In this document: piece after piece, positions 10,064 through 20,500 of the stretch
How positions within the stretch are numbered: position 1 is the stretch's first letter
Layout of the letters: the number at the start of each line of letters is the position of its first letter
Source of the DNA: a virus
IMG/VR virus record: IMGVR_UViG_3300046028_007828
Coordinates: 12,533-76,532 of that record
Direction: 5' to 3' (one strand)
Length of the DNA stretch: 64,000 bases
The notes under the pieces: model-generated
Seen by the model: only the letters and a program-made list of their open reading frames with translations
What the model was told of the DNA's origin: nothing
Databases searched by the model: none
Made by a program: the position numbers and the translations under genes

Positions 10064-11620
10064 TCAACACTTTTTCCACACCCACTTCGAATGCCCACAA
10101 TCCCAAATCCGGTCGAACCCGTTCATTTTCATATTTTCCCATTCCGACAAGGCGGGGTCAAACGAAAGGAGTTTGTTGGCAAGTTTGTGTTTCTGCCACC
10201 CCTGTCTCCCGGACAGGGTAGAATATCCATCCACTGTGTAATAATATCCGGGGGGAGTCGTAGAAACGAAATTGAATCCCAACTTTAAATACACTTCACC
10301 CGAGAAGTATCGCCGGTCTCCGTATGTAACAATCGAATTAGGGTTGTGTTTTTTTACAAAATGAGAAAACAGGCGAGAGCTTCCACCTATGACGGTGTGA
10401 CCCAACTTAGAACAAAATCTGCTCATTTCCCACTCAACTGCCGTATCGAATCTGGATTTTACAAATGTCATGACCGACATCAACTCTTTATTGAAATACA
10501 TTCCAAGTTTTATTGTGGCATGGTCGTTTCCTTGGATGTGATTTCTTGCCAGAAATTCCTTTTTTTCTTGAGATGATATATCTCGTATTTCACATTTTCG
10601 TGCGTGAATTTTTATATTACCCTTTATCAATATATTTCTGAGCACGGACTTGACCACTTCCTGTGAATGATTCCATTCGTTTTCAAATATATGTATTAAG
10701 CGTATTCCTTTGAATGCTGCCCCGTTGGTCTTGTTGAGATGGTAATTTCTATTTTTTCCACCGGATATTTCAGTATGCCAGTAAAGTCCATTACATTCTA
10801 TACCAATCTTTTGATTTGGTAAATATATATCTATTTCTCTGGGAAATAATGTGGTTCTATCGTTGGGTATCACGGGGTCATCCGGGACCAGTGTCTTGAT
10901 AAATTCAAATATACTCGACTGAAAGTCCGACATAGTTTTGTCGCACTTAGAACATTTTATAGTTGCTCCATTATTAAGACTGTGTGCTTCTTCTCTATTG
11001 CATCTATTACATTTAAATGAATATGTCATTGTGGAGGAAACAGTCTTTACTCCAAAATAATCTTCTATGTTAAATAACGGAACAAAATGTTTGAACCGCT
11101 CGGACGACACAAACTTTTTGAACATCGTTATTTTATGTGCATCTTTAAATTCACTCGATTTTGACGCATGTGCAACTCCATATTTTATAGCACATGTCTT
11201 TTTGTATTTTTCTTCGTACTCTTTGGATTTTCTGTAATTATCAACCCCATATTTTTCTATCATGGTGGATTTCATTTGTGTCGGGTTATTGTAATTTTCG
11301 TCACCATAACGAGCGGCAAGGGTTTTTTTAACTTTTTCTACGTGGTCTGGCATCCCACCGGCCCATTCCACGCCGTGTGTTGCCATCATCGCGGCTTTGT
11401 AATTCTCCTTGACCGCGTCGGTTTTCATAGCATGTCCACCATATCTAGCGTCGAAAGTTTTAGCAACTCCGAGTTTATTTTTCTCTTTTACCTCCGGAGA
11501 GTTACATGCGCAGACGCGAGAACAATACATTTTCTCTTTCCGTTTTTCGCACGTAAATTCCGATTTGCAGGTCGGGCAAATCTTGTGCAATGTATTATTT
11601 GGGTTCTTTGGTCTGGCCAT
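10064..11620 (-). CDS. Homing-endonuclease-like protein (CxxC/KYG repeats, Vsr/Hef-like nuclease, C-terminal GNAT-like domain)
   Basis: EIDIYLP...IECNGLYWH...IHIFENEW; C-terminal WEMSRFC...YGDRRYF...RIWDCG. Confidence 0.75.
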   Translation of the reverse strand: MARPKNPNNTLHKICPTCKSEFTCEKRKEKMYCSRVCACNSPEVKEKNKLGVAKTFDARYGGHAMKTDAVKENYKAAMMATHGVEWAGGMPDHVEKVKKTLAARYGDENYNNPTQMKSTMIEKYGVDNYRKSKEYEEKYKKTCAIKYGVAHASKSSEFKDAHKITMFKKFVSSERFKHFVPLFNIEDYFGVKTVSSTMTYSFKCNRCNREEAHSLNNGATIKCSKCDKTMSDFQSSIFEFIKTLVPDDPVIPNDRTTLFPREIDIYLPNQKIGIECNGLYWHTEISGGKNRNYHLNKTNGAAFKGIRLIHIFENEWNHSQEVVKSVLRNILIKGNIKIHARKCEIRDISSQEKKEFLARNHIQGNDHATIKLGMYFNKELMSVMTFVKSRFDTAVEWEMSRFCSKLGHTVIGGSSRLFSHFVKKHNPNSIVTYGDRRYFSGEVYLKLGFNFVSTTPPGYYYTVDGYSTLSGRQGWQKHKLANKLLSFDPALSEWENMKMNGFDRIWDCGHSKWVWKKC

Positions 11621-11754
11621 AAGGTTCGTAAGCAATAAAACAGTATATGTTTTTTTGATAATGTCAACATATTTTTTGTTTAATTATTATTTATAATACG
11701 ATGCGATTACGCAGGCAGAAATGAATAACCAAACAATTAACCCTATATAACACC

Positions 11755-12249
11755 ATGGCAGAACTACTAGATGCAAATTCTATATTTTTTACAGCGTATG
11801 AACCAAAAGTTCAAAACCGCTTTATTATCGAGATAGACGGAATTCCCGCATATCTTATCAAAGCGGCGGCGCGTCCAACTATTGTAAACAACTCAATTAC
11901 CCTAGACCACATCAACTTGAAGCGCAAGCTCAAGGGAAAAAGTGAATGGTCCGACGTTGAAGTGACACTGTATGACGCTATTGTTCCGTCCGGCGCTCAA
12001 GCCTGTATGGAATGGGTGCGTCTTGCTCACGAATCCGTGACCGGTCGTAACGGCTATGCGGCATTCTATAAAAAGGATGTCAATATCGTTGTATTGGGTC
12101 CGGTCGGCGATAAAATCGAAAATTGGCAATTGAAGGGCGCATTCCCATCAACAGTCAATTTCAATGGCACGGGACTTGATTGGAGCGCACAAGAAGCTCT
12201 GACCATCAACATGACGCTCACTTACGACTACGCGATACTTCAATATTGA
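11755..12249 (+). CDS. Tail tube protein (T4 gp19-like)
   Basis: EPKVQNRF, GKSEWSDVEVTLYD, YKKDV, WQLKGAFP, LTYDYA. Confidence 0.93.
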   Translation: MAELLDANSIFFTAYEPKVQNRFIIEIDGIPAYLIKAAARPTIVNNSITLDHINLKRKLKGKSEWSDVEVTLYDAIVPSGAQACMEWVRLAHESVTGRNGYAAFYKKDVNIVVLGPVGDKIENWQLKGAFPSTVNFNGTGLDWSAQEALTINMTLTYDYAILQY

Positions 12250-12271
12250 TATAATAAGAAGAATAAGTTTC

Positions 12272-12300
12272 AAGTCCCCTATGAAAATAGGGGATTTTTT
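12272..12300 (+). terminator. Intrinsic terminator after tail tube
   Basis: AAGTCCCCTAT-GAAA-ATAGGGGATTT + T-run. Confidence 0.85.
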
Positions 12301-12301
12301 A

Positions 12302-12329
12302 TTGACATATACAAAATTATCCGCATACT
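12302..12329 (+). promoter_or_regulatory. Promoter for release factor gene
   Basis: TTGACA-16nt-CATACT, 10 nt before ATG 12340. Confidence 0.65.
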
Positions 12330-12339
12330 TATATTCGCT

Positions 12340-13081
12340 ATGAAGACACAAACAACATATTACTCGAATAACTCGGGCAACCCATCGGGAGGCTCTGCTA
12401 GCTCTTGGGGGTCACTTTGACGCGAGAGGTGTGTTGGTTGAAGTAATTTCTGGCGAGGGCGGGGATGATTCAAAATTATTCACCGAGCAACTGTTCATAG
12501 CTTATCTGGCGTTCATGGAAAAAAATGGACTGGAAGCTGAGTTGGAAGAAACCGGACCCAGCAAATTCAGTTTTGTGTGTTCGGATATGAAAGCTGAATC
12601 TTTGTTTGATTCCGAGACTGGGACGCATTGTGTACAACGCATTCCAAAGAACGACCGAGGTGGTAGGAAACATACATCTTACGTTGCCGTGACCGTAACG
12701 AGGTTACTGCAACAGAACAATGAAATGAAGGAATCTGATTTGGAAGAATCATTCCAACGAGGACATGGAAACGGTGGACAACACCAGAACAAAACGTCAA
12801 GTGCAGTGCGACTGAAACACATCCCAACTGGGTTGGAAGTTTTCATTAACGGACGAAGTCAGCAAGCCAATCGAAGAACTGCCAGACTGTGTTTGGCGGG
12901 TAAAATAAAGCAGTTTTCGTCCAAGTCGGGTAATTCTACTAATTATAGCGGCGCTGGTCGCGGAGATAAGGTCCGCACATACAACTATGCTGATAACCGA
13001 ATTACTGACCACAGAAATGGAGCTAAGTGTCACATGATAGACAGTGTTATGAAAGAAGGAAGATTTGAACTTTTACGCTAA
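12340..13081 (+). CDS. Class I peptide chain release factor (RF1-like, lacking domain 1), predicted to be expressed by +1 programmed frameshift: ORF0 12340..12417 joined to 12419..13081 (~246 aa)
   Basis: GGQ motif (GNGGQHQNKTSSAVRLKHIPTG), GEGGDD alpha5 tip, HCVQRIPKNDRGGRKHTS recognition loop, KVRTYNY..NRITDHR; 26-codon ORF0 ends GGG TCA CTT TGA C and the +1 frame runs into ORF 12431. Confidence 0.88.
12406..12421 (+). other. prfB-type +1 ribosomal frameshift cassette
   Basis: TGGGGG-TCA-CTT-TGA-C: SD-like run 3 nt upstream of the slippery CTT, then TGA-C (cf. E. coli prfB AGGGGG TAT CTT TGA C). Confidence 0.85.
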
Positions 13082-13234
13082 TTCTTTCTTATATTCATTT
13101 TGGACTTGACGGAAGTATATAACACTGTGTACAATACTTGAGTTATAACGACAGCAACTAAATAAATTCAGTTAACTAGCATTAAAAATAAAATAAGTTA
13201 TATTTATATATACTAAAAATAATAACAACTTAAA

Positions 13235-13483
13235 ATGAATAAATTTGAATTAAAATCTTTAATAAAAGAGGTTATAAAAGAAGTGAGGAATAAGTCAGAA
13301 ACAAAACAAAAATTGAATAGAGTTGTTAGTTCATATATTACTTCTCCCGGAGAAAAAAATCCTTGCTTATATATTAACATTCAGATTGAAGCAAAAGATA
13401 TGGATTGTGCAGAAAAATGTAGAAAAGATATATTATCAGATTTAGAAAAAAATCACGACATAAAAATCCAAAAGGAAACTTAA
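13235..13483 (+). CDS. Hypothetical, putative head-internal protein
   Basis: N-terminus MNKFELKSLIKEVIKE; TATTTATA at 13201. Confidence 0.65.
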   Translation: MNKFELKSLIKEVIKEVRNKSETKQKLNRVVSSYITSPGEKNPCLYINIQIEAKDMDCAEKCRKDILSDLEKNHDIKIQKET

Positions 13484-13484
13484 T

Positions 13485-13748
13485 ATGAAACACGATGAAT
13501 TAAAGAAATTTATACGGGAAACTATTAAAGACGCAATTGATGAATTTGCACCCCTCGGTGTTGCAGAAGAAGATATGTTACAGGAAAAATCTCCTCCGGG
13601 GTTTCCAGAGAAACTGCATGATAAATTACTGAGTCAATACGATGGAGATGAGGATAAAGCGTATGCCACAATGTGGAAAATTTTTTATGCTAAGAAACGG
13701 GGTCATAAAAAGATGAATGAAATGTGGATGGCTTGGGAAAATAAATAA
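13485..13748 (+). CDS. Hypothetical, putative head-internal protein
   Basis: N-terminus MKHDELKKFIRETIKD; KAYATMWK. Confidence 0.65.
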   Translation: MKHDELKKFIRETIKDAIDEFAPLGVAEEDMLQEKSPPGFPEKLHDKLLSQYDGDEDKAYATMWKIFYAKKRGHKKMNEMWMAWENK

Positions 13749-13751
13749 AAA

Positions 13752-14075
13752 ATGTCATTCACAGATTACAATATTGACGTTGTTCCAATCAGAATCGGCG
13801 GATTTATGATGGATAATTTAGGACCGGAAAAAATAAATTCAAGTGTTCCTACTTTTAATATCGGAGACACAGTTACATTCGTAGCCGAAGAAAAGAGGTA
13901 TTGTTTAGATTATTTTGCAGTGTTTCCACCAAATAAAATTGTAAATCAATCAGATTGGTTTTTAACTATGTTTGGATTTTATGCGTCATTTAACCCAAGA
14001 ATTCAAGTCGAAATGAACACCGCTGCTGACCACACCGGTCAAAACTCGGGAGTAAGAGTAGTATACAGACCATGA
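13752..14075 (+). CDS. Hypothetical protein
   Basis: 107-aa ORF tightly packed in the operon. Confidence 0.6.
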   Translation: MSFTDYNIDVVPIRIGGFMMDNLGPEKINSSVPTFNIGDTVTFVAEEKRYCLDYFAVFPPNKIVNQSDWFLTMFGFYASFNPRIQVEMNTAADHTGQNSGVRVVYRP

Positions 14076-14713
14076 ATAAATCACAACTATCAGAAATTAT
14101 AACCAATATTGTAAAACGTAAATTGGCGGAACACAAAATCGGGCTAAATGAGTTGGAGAACATGCTCACACAGATGGGAGCGCCAACACAGGCACCGTCC
14201 CCGGAGGACAAAAAACTGCAAAAATCCCAGAGTGAATTGGTGAAAGCTCAAAAGGATAAAGAAAAAAATTTAGCAAAGATTGCAAAGTTGGATGCCAGCA
14301 CTTTAAGTGCAAAAACCCGGGCTCAACTTCACGTCAATAAGGCCGAGGAACGTATCGGAACCTCTCAAGATAAAGTCGCCAGAGACGCAGAGACCGCAGC
14401 GAGGAAAGCAAAAGCAACTGGGCAGATATCCGCCGCGCAATTACCATTACAAGAAACTGAGACACCGAGCAAAACTCATAAGTGGAAAGATGGAACCTCC
14501 ATCCCAGTTAATTCCCAAGGCGCACCAATTGAACAAGGATGGCAATCTTTGGGATATGCCAACGGTTGGTCAAGTAGCCCGGAAGACAAACAAAAGTACG
14601 ACCAAAATAAAAATAAAATGTGGTATACCGCAAGACTGAATACAGATGGAACTCAGGAGGCTATATATTGCCCAGAAGCCAAATTATGGTATTTGGTTGA
14701 CTCTGGCGGGTAA
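14072..14713 (+). CDS. Hypothetical, putative head-internal protein
   Basis: N-terminus MNKSQLSEIITNIVKRKLAE; ATGA overlap with upstream gene. Confidence 0.65.
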   Translation: MNKSQLSEIITNIVKRKLAEHKIGLNELENMLTQMGAPTQAPSPEDKKLQKSQSELVKAQKDKEKNLAKIAKLDASTLSAKTRAQLHVNKAEERIGTSQDKVARDAETAARKAKATGQISAAQLPLQETETPSKTHKWKDGTSIPVNSQGAPIEQGWQSLGYANGWSSSPEDKQKYDQNKNKMWYTARLNTDGTQEAIYCPEAKLWYLVDSGG

Positions 14714-14732
14714 TTTAATAACATAGAAACAT

Positions 14733-15659
14733 ATGAAAAAATCAGATCTTAAATTGTTGATTAAGAGTATAGTGACAGAAATATATTCTTCTAAACGCGA
14801 AAGTTTAGAAGAGTCGGAAGCTCTATCTGGGTTTGAAGAAACTTCCGATAAGGCCGAAAATACGGAGATGGTGGTTGATGATAAAAAATTGACTATTGTC
14901 ACAGAACCAAAAGAAAAAGAAGAAGGTAAAAAACTCCCGGTAGTTAAGAAACCGGCGACTCCCAAGATTGTAAAAGAAGATATTCTAGGCATGATTCGCG
15001 AAGCACTCGAACAACGACGAGTTGAAGAAATGGCAAAGCGTCCATCCAAATTTGATGCCGCAACTGGAATCCTCGACGCTTCCGTAAGTCCGGACCGTCG
15101 TAAGTCCGACCCAACATCTCCCACAGGATATCGGCTAGTGGGAGCATTCGAATTAAAAGACCCAGTAACAAAGAAAGTTACTCAGGTTGTACCGGATGGA
15201 ACGCCAATCATGGCACCCTCTGCACAGACTCAAAAGAAATTGGGGACAGTCGCCCCAAAAACTCCGCCATCAACTGTAGCGGGAAGCGGGTCGTCGATAT
15301 TATCTCCACAGACCGTTGCCGCTCAGTCCTCGGCCGATTCGTCGGACGACGGCGAGGAGGAAGACCTAAATATGGGAGTTCCACCGGAAGGAAAACCAAA
15401 CTCAAAGGTCAAAGTTACATTGGACGGAAAGTCTATCGGACAATTTAATTTTCGTTTGCCTTCTGGTAAGATTAGTAGTGATAATATGGAAACGAATCTT
15501 TACCGCACCGAACTTCCGGATTTGCCGCTCGATAAGTCTGTGGGTTCAATGTACGAGAATATGGAAAATATGTTCTTCGATGACAAACTGCCAGCTAACG
15601 CTACATTGAATCTTTTCACCGCAAAGAATGCGACTGGTAAGACCATTATGGCTAAATAA
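14733..15659 (+). CDS. Hypothetical, putative head-internal protein
   Basis: N-terminus MKKSDLKLLIKSIVTE; acidic/low-complexity stretches. Confidence 0.65.
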   Translation: MKKSDLKLLIKSIVTEIYSSKRESLEESEALSGFEETSDKAENTEMVVDDKKLTIVTEPKEKEEGKKLPVVKKPATPKIVKEDILGMIREALEQRRVEEMAKRPSKFDAATGILDASVSPDRRKSDPTSPTGYRLVGAFELKDPVTKKVTQVVPDGTPIMAPSAQTQKKLGTVAPKTPPSTVAGSGSSILSPQTVAAQSSADSSDDGEEEDLNMGVPPEGKPNSKVKVTLDGKSIGQFNFRLPSGKISSDNMETNLYRTELPDLPLDKSVGSMYENMENMFFDDKLPANATLNLFTAKNATGKTIMAK

Positions 15660-15680
15660 TTTAGTTTTTATAACAAACGA

Positions 15681-15712
15681 AAAAGAGATTGCCAACAACA
15701 ATCTCTTTTTTT
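15681..15712 (+). terminator. Probable terminator
   Basis: AAAAGAGATTG-loop-CAATCTCTTTT + T-run. Confidence 0.6.
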
Positions 15713-15752
15713 ATGCTCAAATATATACGAAAACTTTTTGTAATCCATATAT

Positions 15753-16586
15753 ATGGATAACAAACATATTATGGCAGACACAATTATTCCAATCTCGAAA
15801 TCAACTCCGGTAGCACAAAAGTCTAATCAGCCAATTGAAACGGTAACTCTACCGTCAAAAGGATATTTCTATCCGGAGAGTCATCCACTGTCCAAGGGTA
15901 CGGTTGATATTTATCAAGTTACCGCTCGACATGAAGATATTTTGAGCAACACCACCTTATTAAAGAAAGGCACTGTTCTTGACGAATTCTTGAAAGCTTT
16001 GATTGCTACCCCGAATGTATCCGTGGGCGATTTGTTAATAGGCGACCAAAATGCGCTGTATATTGCGGCGAGAAAAAGTGCATATGGAGAAATTTATAGC
16101 CCAAAGATTAAATGTCCCGCGTGCGAAGTAGAATCCACGGTGCGGTTCGATTTGAATACAATAGGAGTAAAGGAATTCAAGCTTGACGGAATAACCAAGG
16201 GAGAAAATCGTCTGACATTTACTCTACCAAAATCCGGACGAGTGATTGGATTTAGTTTAACTACCGTAAAGGACGATGCTGATATTTCAGCGGAAATTAA
16301 AGCTATTGTAAAATTTGGAAACGCCGCAACCATACCGGAAGTTACCACGAAATTAAAATACACCATCAAGACCATTGATGGCGAATCTAACAGAGTAAAA
16401 GTTAAAAACTTTGTTGATGACCAATTGACAGCGATTGACAGTCTGGCCTTGCGCAGATTTATCCGCGAAAGCACGCCGGATATAGACATGTCGTTTAATT
16501 TCGTTTGCCCCGAATGTGAACATTCGGAAAAACTATATATTCCATTGGGACCAAGTTTCTTCTGGCCGAGCACAGCAGAAAACTAA
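15753..16586 (+). CDS. Baseplate hub assembly protein (T4 gp26-like)
   Basis: LPSKGYFY, TARHEDIL, DLLIGD...AAR...YG, two CxxC, FFWP C-terminus. Confidence 0.8.
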   Translation: MDNKHIMADTIIPISKSTPVAQKSNQPIETVTLPSKGYFYPESHPLSKGTVDIYQVTARHEDILSNTTLLKKGTVLDEFLKALIATPNVSVGDLLIGDQNALYIAARKSAYGEIYSPKIKCPACEVESTVRFDLNTIGVKEFKLDGITKGENRLTFTLPKSGRVIGFSLTTVKDDADISAEIKAIVKFGNAATIPEVTTKLKYTIKTIDGESNRVKVKNFVDDQLTAIDSLALRRFIRESTPDIDMSFNFVCPECEHSEKLYIPLGPSFFWPSTAEN

Positions 16587-16597
16587 TAGAATGAGGC

Positions 16598-17512
16598 GTG
16601 AACCTACATTCTGAAATCATAGATTTGGCATCAGAGGGATATTTTTATCCAAGTGGGTCGGCATTATCTAGCGGAAAAGTCAATATTCTTCCAATCACGG
16701 CGGAGTATGAGGAATTGCTTGGAAATGCCAATTTAATAAAGCGGGGACTTCTAGACCGAGAGTTTTTGAATAAAATCGTGGCCGGTGGGATCGACTACGA
16801 CAGTCTATTGGAATGTGATAAGCATTCTATTCTATTGAACGTTCGAATCGCGAATTACGGAATGCATACGAGTGTAAAAACCGGATGTGAAAAGTGCGAT
16901 GCTGAATTTGACCATGACATATCATTCGGATTCAGGTCTATTCCTTTCAACTTTTCCAACTATACTAGAGGAGTGAACGAAATTGAATATCTATTTGAAA
17001 GATGTGAAAAGAAAATAAAGTTTAGGTTGGGAACGTGTCTTGATAATGATATATACGAAAAGTTAGGTTGGTTGGCGTTTGCGAAGCATATTACACTGGA
17101 AATTGATGGTGTAGATAACATATCGGATTTCTATGACTATGAGTTGTCTGTGTCAGATAGTATATCATTTCGAAATTATTATAAAAACAACACTCCGGGA
17201 TATGTGAATGACATCACAATCACTTGCCCGACATGTCGCATACCAAGAATATCCAAGATGGATATAAATGCAAATATATTTGGAATCAGACCAGAGTCCA
17301 AGATGACGATGCATTCTGAAATATTTGATTTGTGTTATTATAGTAACGGGGCATTTACTCAGGATGGAGTATATAAAATGCCAACCAGTTTGCGAAGTTT
17401 TTATATGAAAAAATTGGTGGATGCCAAAAAAGCAGAATCGGATGCGCAAAAATCCACAAACGACGGAGACACAAGCAACAAGATTGCTCGACCTCCCACC
17501 ATCAAAAGTTAA
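16598..17512 (+). CDS. Second gp26-like paralogue with fused C-terminal gp51-like segment
   Basis: LASEGYFY, RIANYG, two CxxC; extra tail MHSEIFDL...VYKMPTSLRSFYMKKL. Confidence 0.7.
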   Translation: MNLHSEIIDLASEGYFYPSGSALSSGKVNILPITAEYEELLGNANLIKRGLLDREFLNKIVAGGIDYDSLLECDKHSILLNVRIANYGMHTSVKTGCEKCDAEFDHDISFGFRSIPFNFSNYTRGVNEIEYLFERCEKKIKFRLGTCLDNDIYEKLGWLAFAKHITLEIDGVDNISDFYDYELSVSDSISFRNYYKNNTPGYVNDITITCPTCRIPRISKMDINANIFGIRPESKMTMHSEIFDLCYYSNGAFTQDGVYKMPTSLRSFYMKKLVDAKKAESDAQKSTNDGDTSNKIARPPTIKS

Positions 17513-17546
17513 TGTGCTATAATATTTATAATATAACACATAGACA

Positions 17547-20500
17547 ATGGCAAAAGACCTAATAGACCCAAAAGATTTAGAATCAGCAATCGCCAAGCTT
17601 TCTTTGCGTGGAAACAAGGAAATGTTGGAGATGGAGAGCATTGCCAAGAACATTGCCAAACAATTTGAAAGAATAAACAAAAATTTAAATTCTGGTATCG
17701 GTAGTATGAAAGAAATGAGGAATTTCTCCAAGGAAATACTCAAAGATACAAAAGCGAGGACTTTGCTTTTGAATGAGATGGAGCAAAGAACGGACTCCGC
17801 CGAGTCTAACTTAATAGCGGCAAAATTGAAAAGAATTCAATTACAAAGTAACGAGATTGGTGGTGAGAAAATTTTAAGTCAGCTAGAACAAGATATTTAT
17901 ACACATAAGCTGAATCAGTTGGCGGTAGAAAACAAGATGTCGGAAATAACGAAAAACCAACAAGATAGAGTTGCATTGTCAGAAGATTCTTATTTCGCGG
18001 AAAAGAAAAAACTTGCATTAGCTGAAAAACTTAAAGACGTTCAAGAAAAAATAACTCGGGCAAGTAGTGCCGGTGAAGATTATTGGGGACAAACTGGTAG
18101 ACTGATGGTACAACAAGTATCCATGTTACGAGAAATAGCACAGACTGATAGTGAAATAGCCGAAATAAATGAGGGGATATCGCGGAATTCGAGAGAGAGT
18201 AATAGCTTAACTGCGGGGCTACTGCAATTGAACGAAGATAATATAAAACTCGCCATCGAGGGAGAAAATATCGCCAGAAGGCAACTGGAATATCAGAAAG
18301 ATATGTCCAAGCAAATTAAATTATCTTCCGGATATATCGCACACTTAAAAGATTCATCAAAGGACATTCTTGCGATTTTCGGTGGAATATCTGGTAAGAT
18401 GCAAACTTTTGTATCCTCTCTGAAAACTGTACCAAAAAGGTTCTTGCTGATAAATTTGCTAATAGAAGAAGGATTGCGTCGATTTGTGTTGTTGGACCAG
18501 ACAGCAGAAAGTTTCAGACGTGAGACTGGGTACACGGCAGACCAGATGGCAAACGTTAGAAAAAATGTAGAGAGCTTGAACGTGGAATTCGCTGATATGG
18601 GAGTCACCATAGAGGCAGCATACAAGTCGGCCAAGGCGTTAACGGATGTTTTTGGTAGAACCTCGCTCGTGACAAAGGAAGCAATGCAAAATATCGCATT
18701 GATGAAAGCCAACCTAAACGTTTCTGAGGAAGATTCAGCCAGTGTGTTGGCAACATTTCAGGGATTGGGTGGAGTAAGCCAGACAGTGGCAATGAACATA
18801 ATGAAGGTTGGGGCAAGCTTCTCTGGCAAAATCGGGGTTCCTTTTCAATTGGTGATGCACGATATAGCAAATGTGTCGGAAGAAACTCTGGCATTGCTGG
18901 GAGCAAATCCAAATGTATTGATGAAGTCGGCTATATCAGCAAGAATGTTTGGTACCGATTTGAACAAGCTGGCGGCAACTCAAAAAAGGCTACTCGACTA
19001 CAGTTCTAGTATAACTGACGAAATGGAAGCGGGTGCATTGTTGGGAAGAGATATAAGTTTCCAAAAAGCAAGACAGTATGCATATGAAGGAAATATAGCA
19101 AAATCCACAGAAGCCATTTTGGAGACCGTAAAATCCATCGGAGATTTTAATGCGCTCGATGTTTATCAAAGACAATCTCTAGCTAAAGCATCCGGAATGG
19201 AATTGAAAGACTTGAGTAAGATGATGGCAATCGAGTCTCAGCGCGAAAAAATTAGATTTAGTGGCACAAAAGAAGAGCGAGAAAAATTGGCAGACCAAGA
19301 AAAGGCACTAAAAACATTGGAAGCCCAGAACGATTTGTCCAATGCTGGATTATTGATAGAAGGCGAGCGAGCAATACGCCAACAACAGATGCAAGGGTTG
19401 TTAACCCGGATGACTGATATGCTTCAAGCCGTTTTGGTGTCTATTGGAGACATATTAGAGCCTATTATAACTCCAATAGTTAGTATTTTATTGCCTGTGT
19501 TGCGTGGAGTTGCGTGGATTATTAAAGGAATTGCGTTCGCATTTAAAGTGTTGGTATTTCCGATTAATTTGGCAGTCGATGCAATTAAATCGTTTGGTGA
19601 ATATTTCCAATGGGTTGGTGAGGGTATTGAGTCGGTTAGTAAAATATTTAAAGATACATTTGGCGGTGCTGAAAATTGGATTAAAGGCATAGCCGGAAGC
19701 GCCGGATTGATTGCATTATTATTCTTTGGAAGCAGTGGTATATCCGGAATGTTGGGAAAATTGAAGGGTGGAATTGGATCGGCATTTAAATTTATGTCGT
19801 CGCCAATCAAATCTATAAAATCCATGTTCGAAAAGAGAGATTTTATCGAACCGATGCAACCAAAAGCGGCGGGCGTTATACCTGACGTGAAACCAGACGC
19901 CAAAGTCGGAAAGGCTGCACAGAGCGGAGCGCGGGCGATGCAATTTTTGACCAACATCGGAAAGGGCATAGCAAATCTTGGTAAAGGAATTGGCAATGCT
20001 ATATCTGGGCTAGTCGGCGGAATATCAAAAAGTATTACATTGATATTTAAAGGTATCGCGCAAGGTGTTGAGAGACTTGCTACACGTAAAGTATTCATGG
20101 GCGCATTGGCGATTGCCGCGCTCGGAGTTTCTATCCTGCCGTTGGTGTACGCGCTAAAACAATTTACTGACATTGATTGGGCTTCCGTAGCAAAGGGCGG
20201 AGCAGCACTTGGTGCGCTAGCTATATCAGCCGGTATAATGGGAGTGTTCGTTAAGCCGATATTGTTGGGAGCCCTCGCAATTGCGGCATTGGGAGTTGCG
20301 TTGATTCCATTCGGAGTTGCGGCGATGTCTGCGGGAAAGGGCGTTCAATATTTTGCACGGGGAATTAAGTCCGCCATCGGACCAATAGAAAAATTGAAAA
20401 ATGTAAATTTGATTAGCACCGCGGTTGGGATTGGTGCACTCGGTGTCGCATTTACCGCGTTCGGTTACGGTAGCGCGGCAGCGGGGCTTGGGTCTTTCGT

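Noticed and set aside
12431-13081. Calling the release factor PrfH or ArfB, or accepting GTG 12431 as the start
   Set aside because: It lacks the PrfH W..PSPY-type loop and has no adjacent rtcB, and it retains domains 2/4 unlike ArfB. The GAGAGG before GTG is only 1 nt away, while the promoter-proximal ATG 12340 plus shift site explains expression better (internal start not fully excluded)
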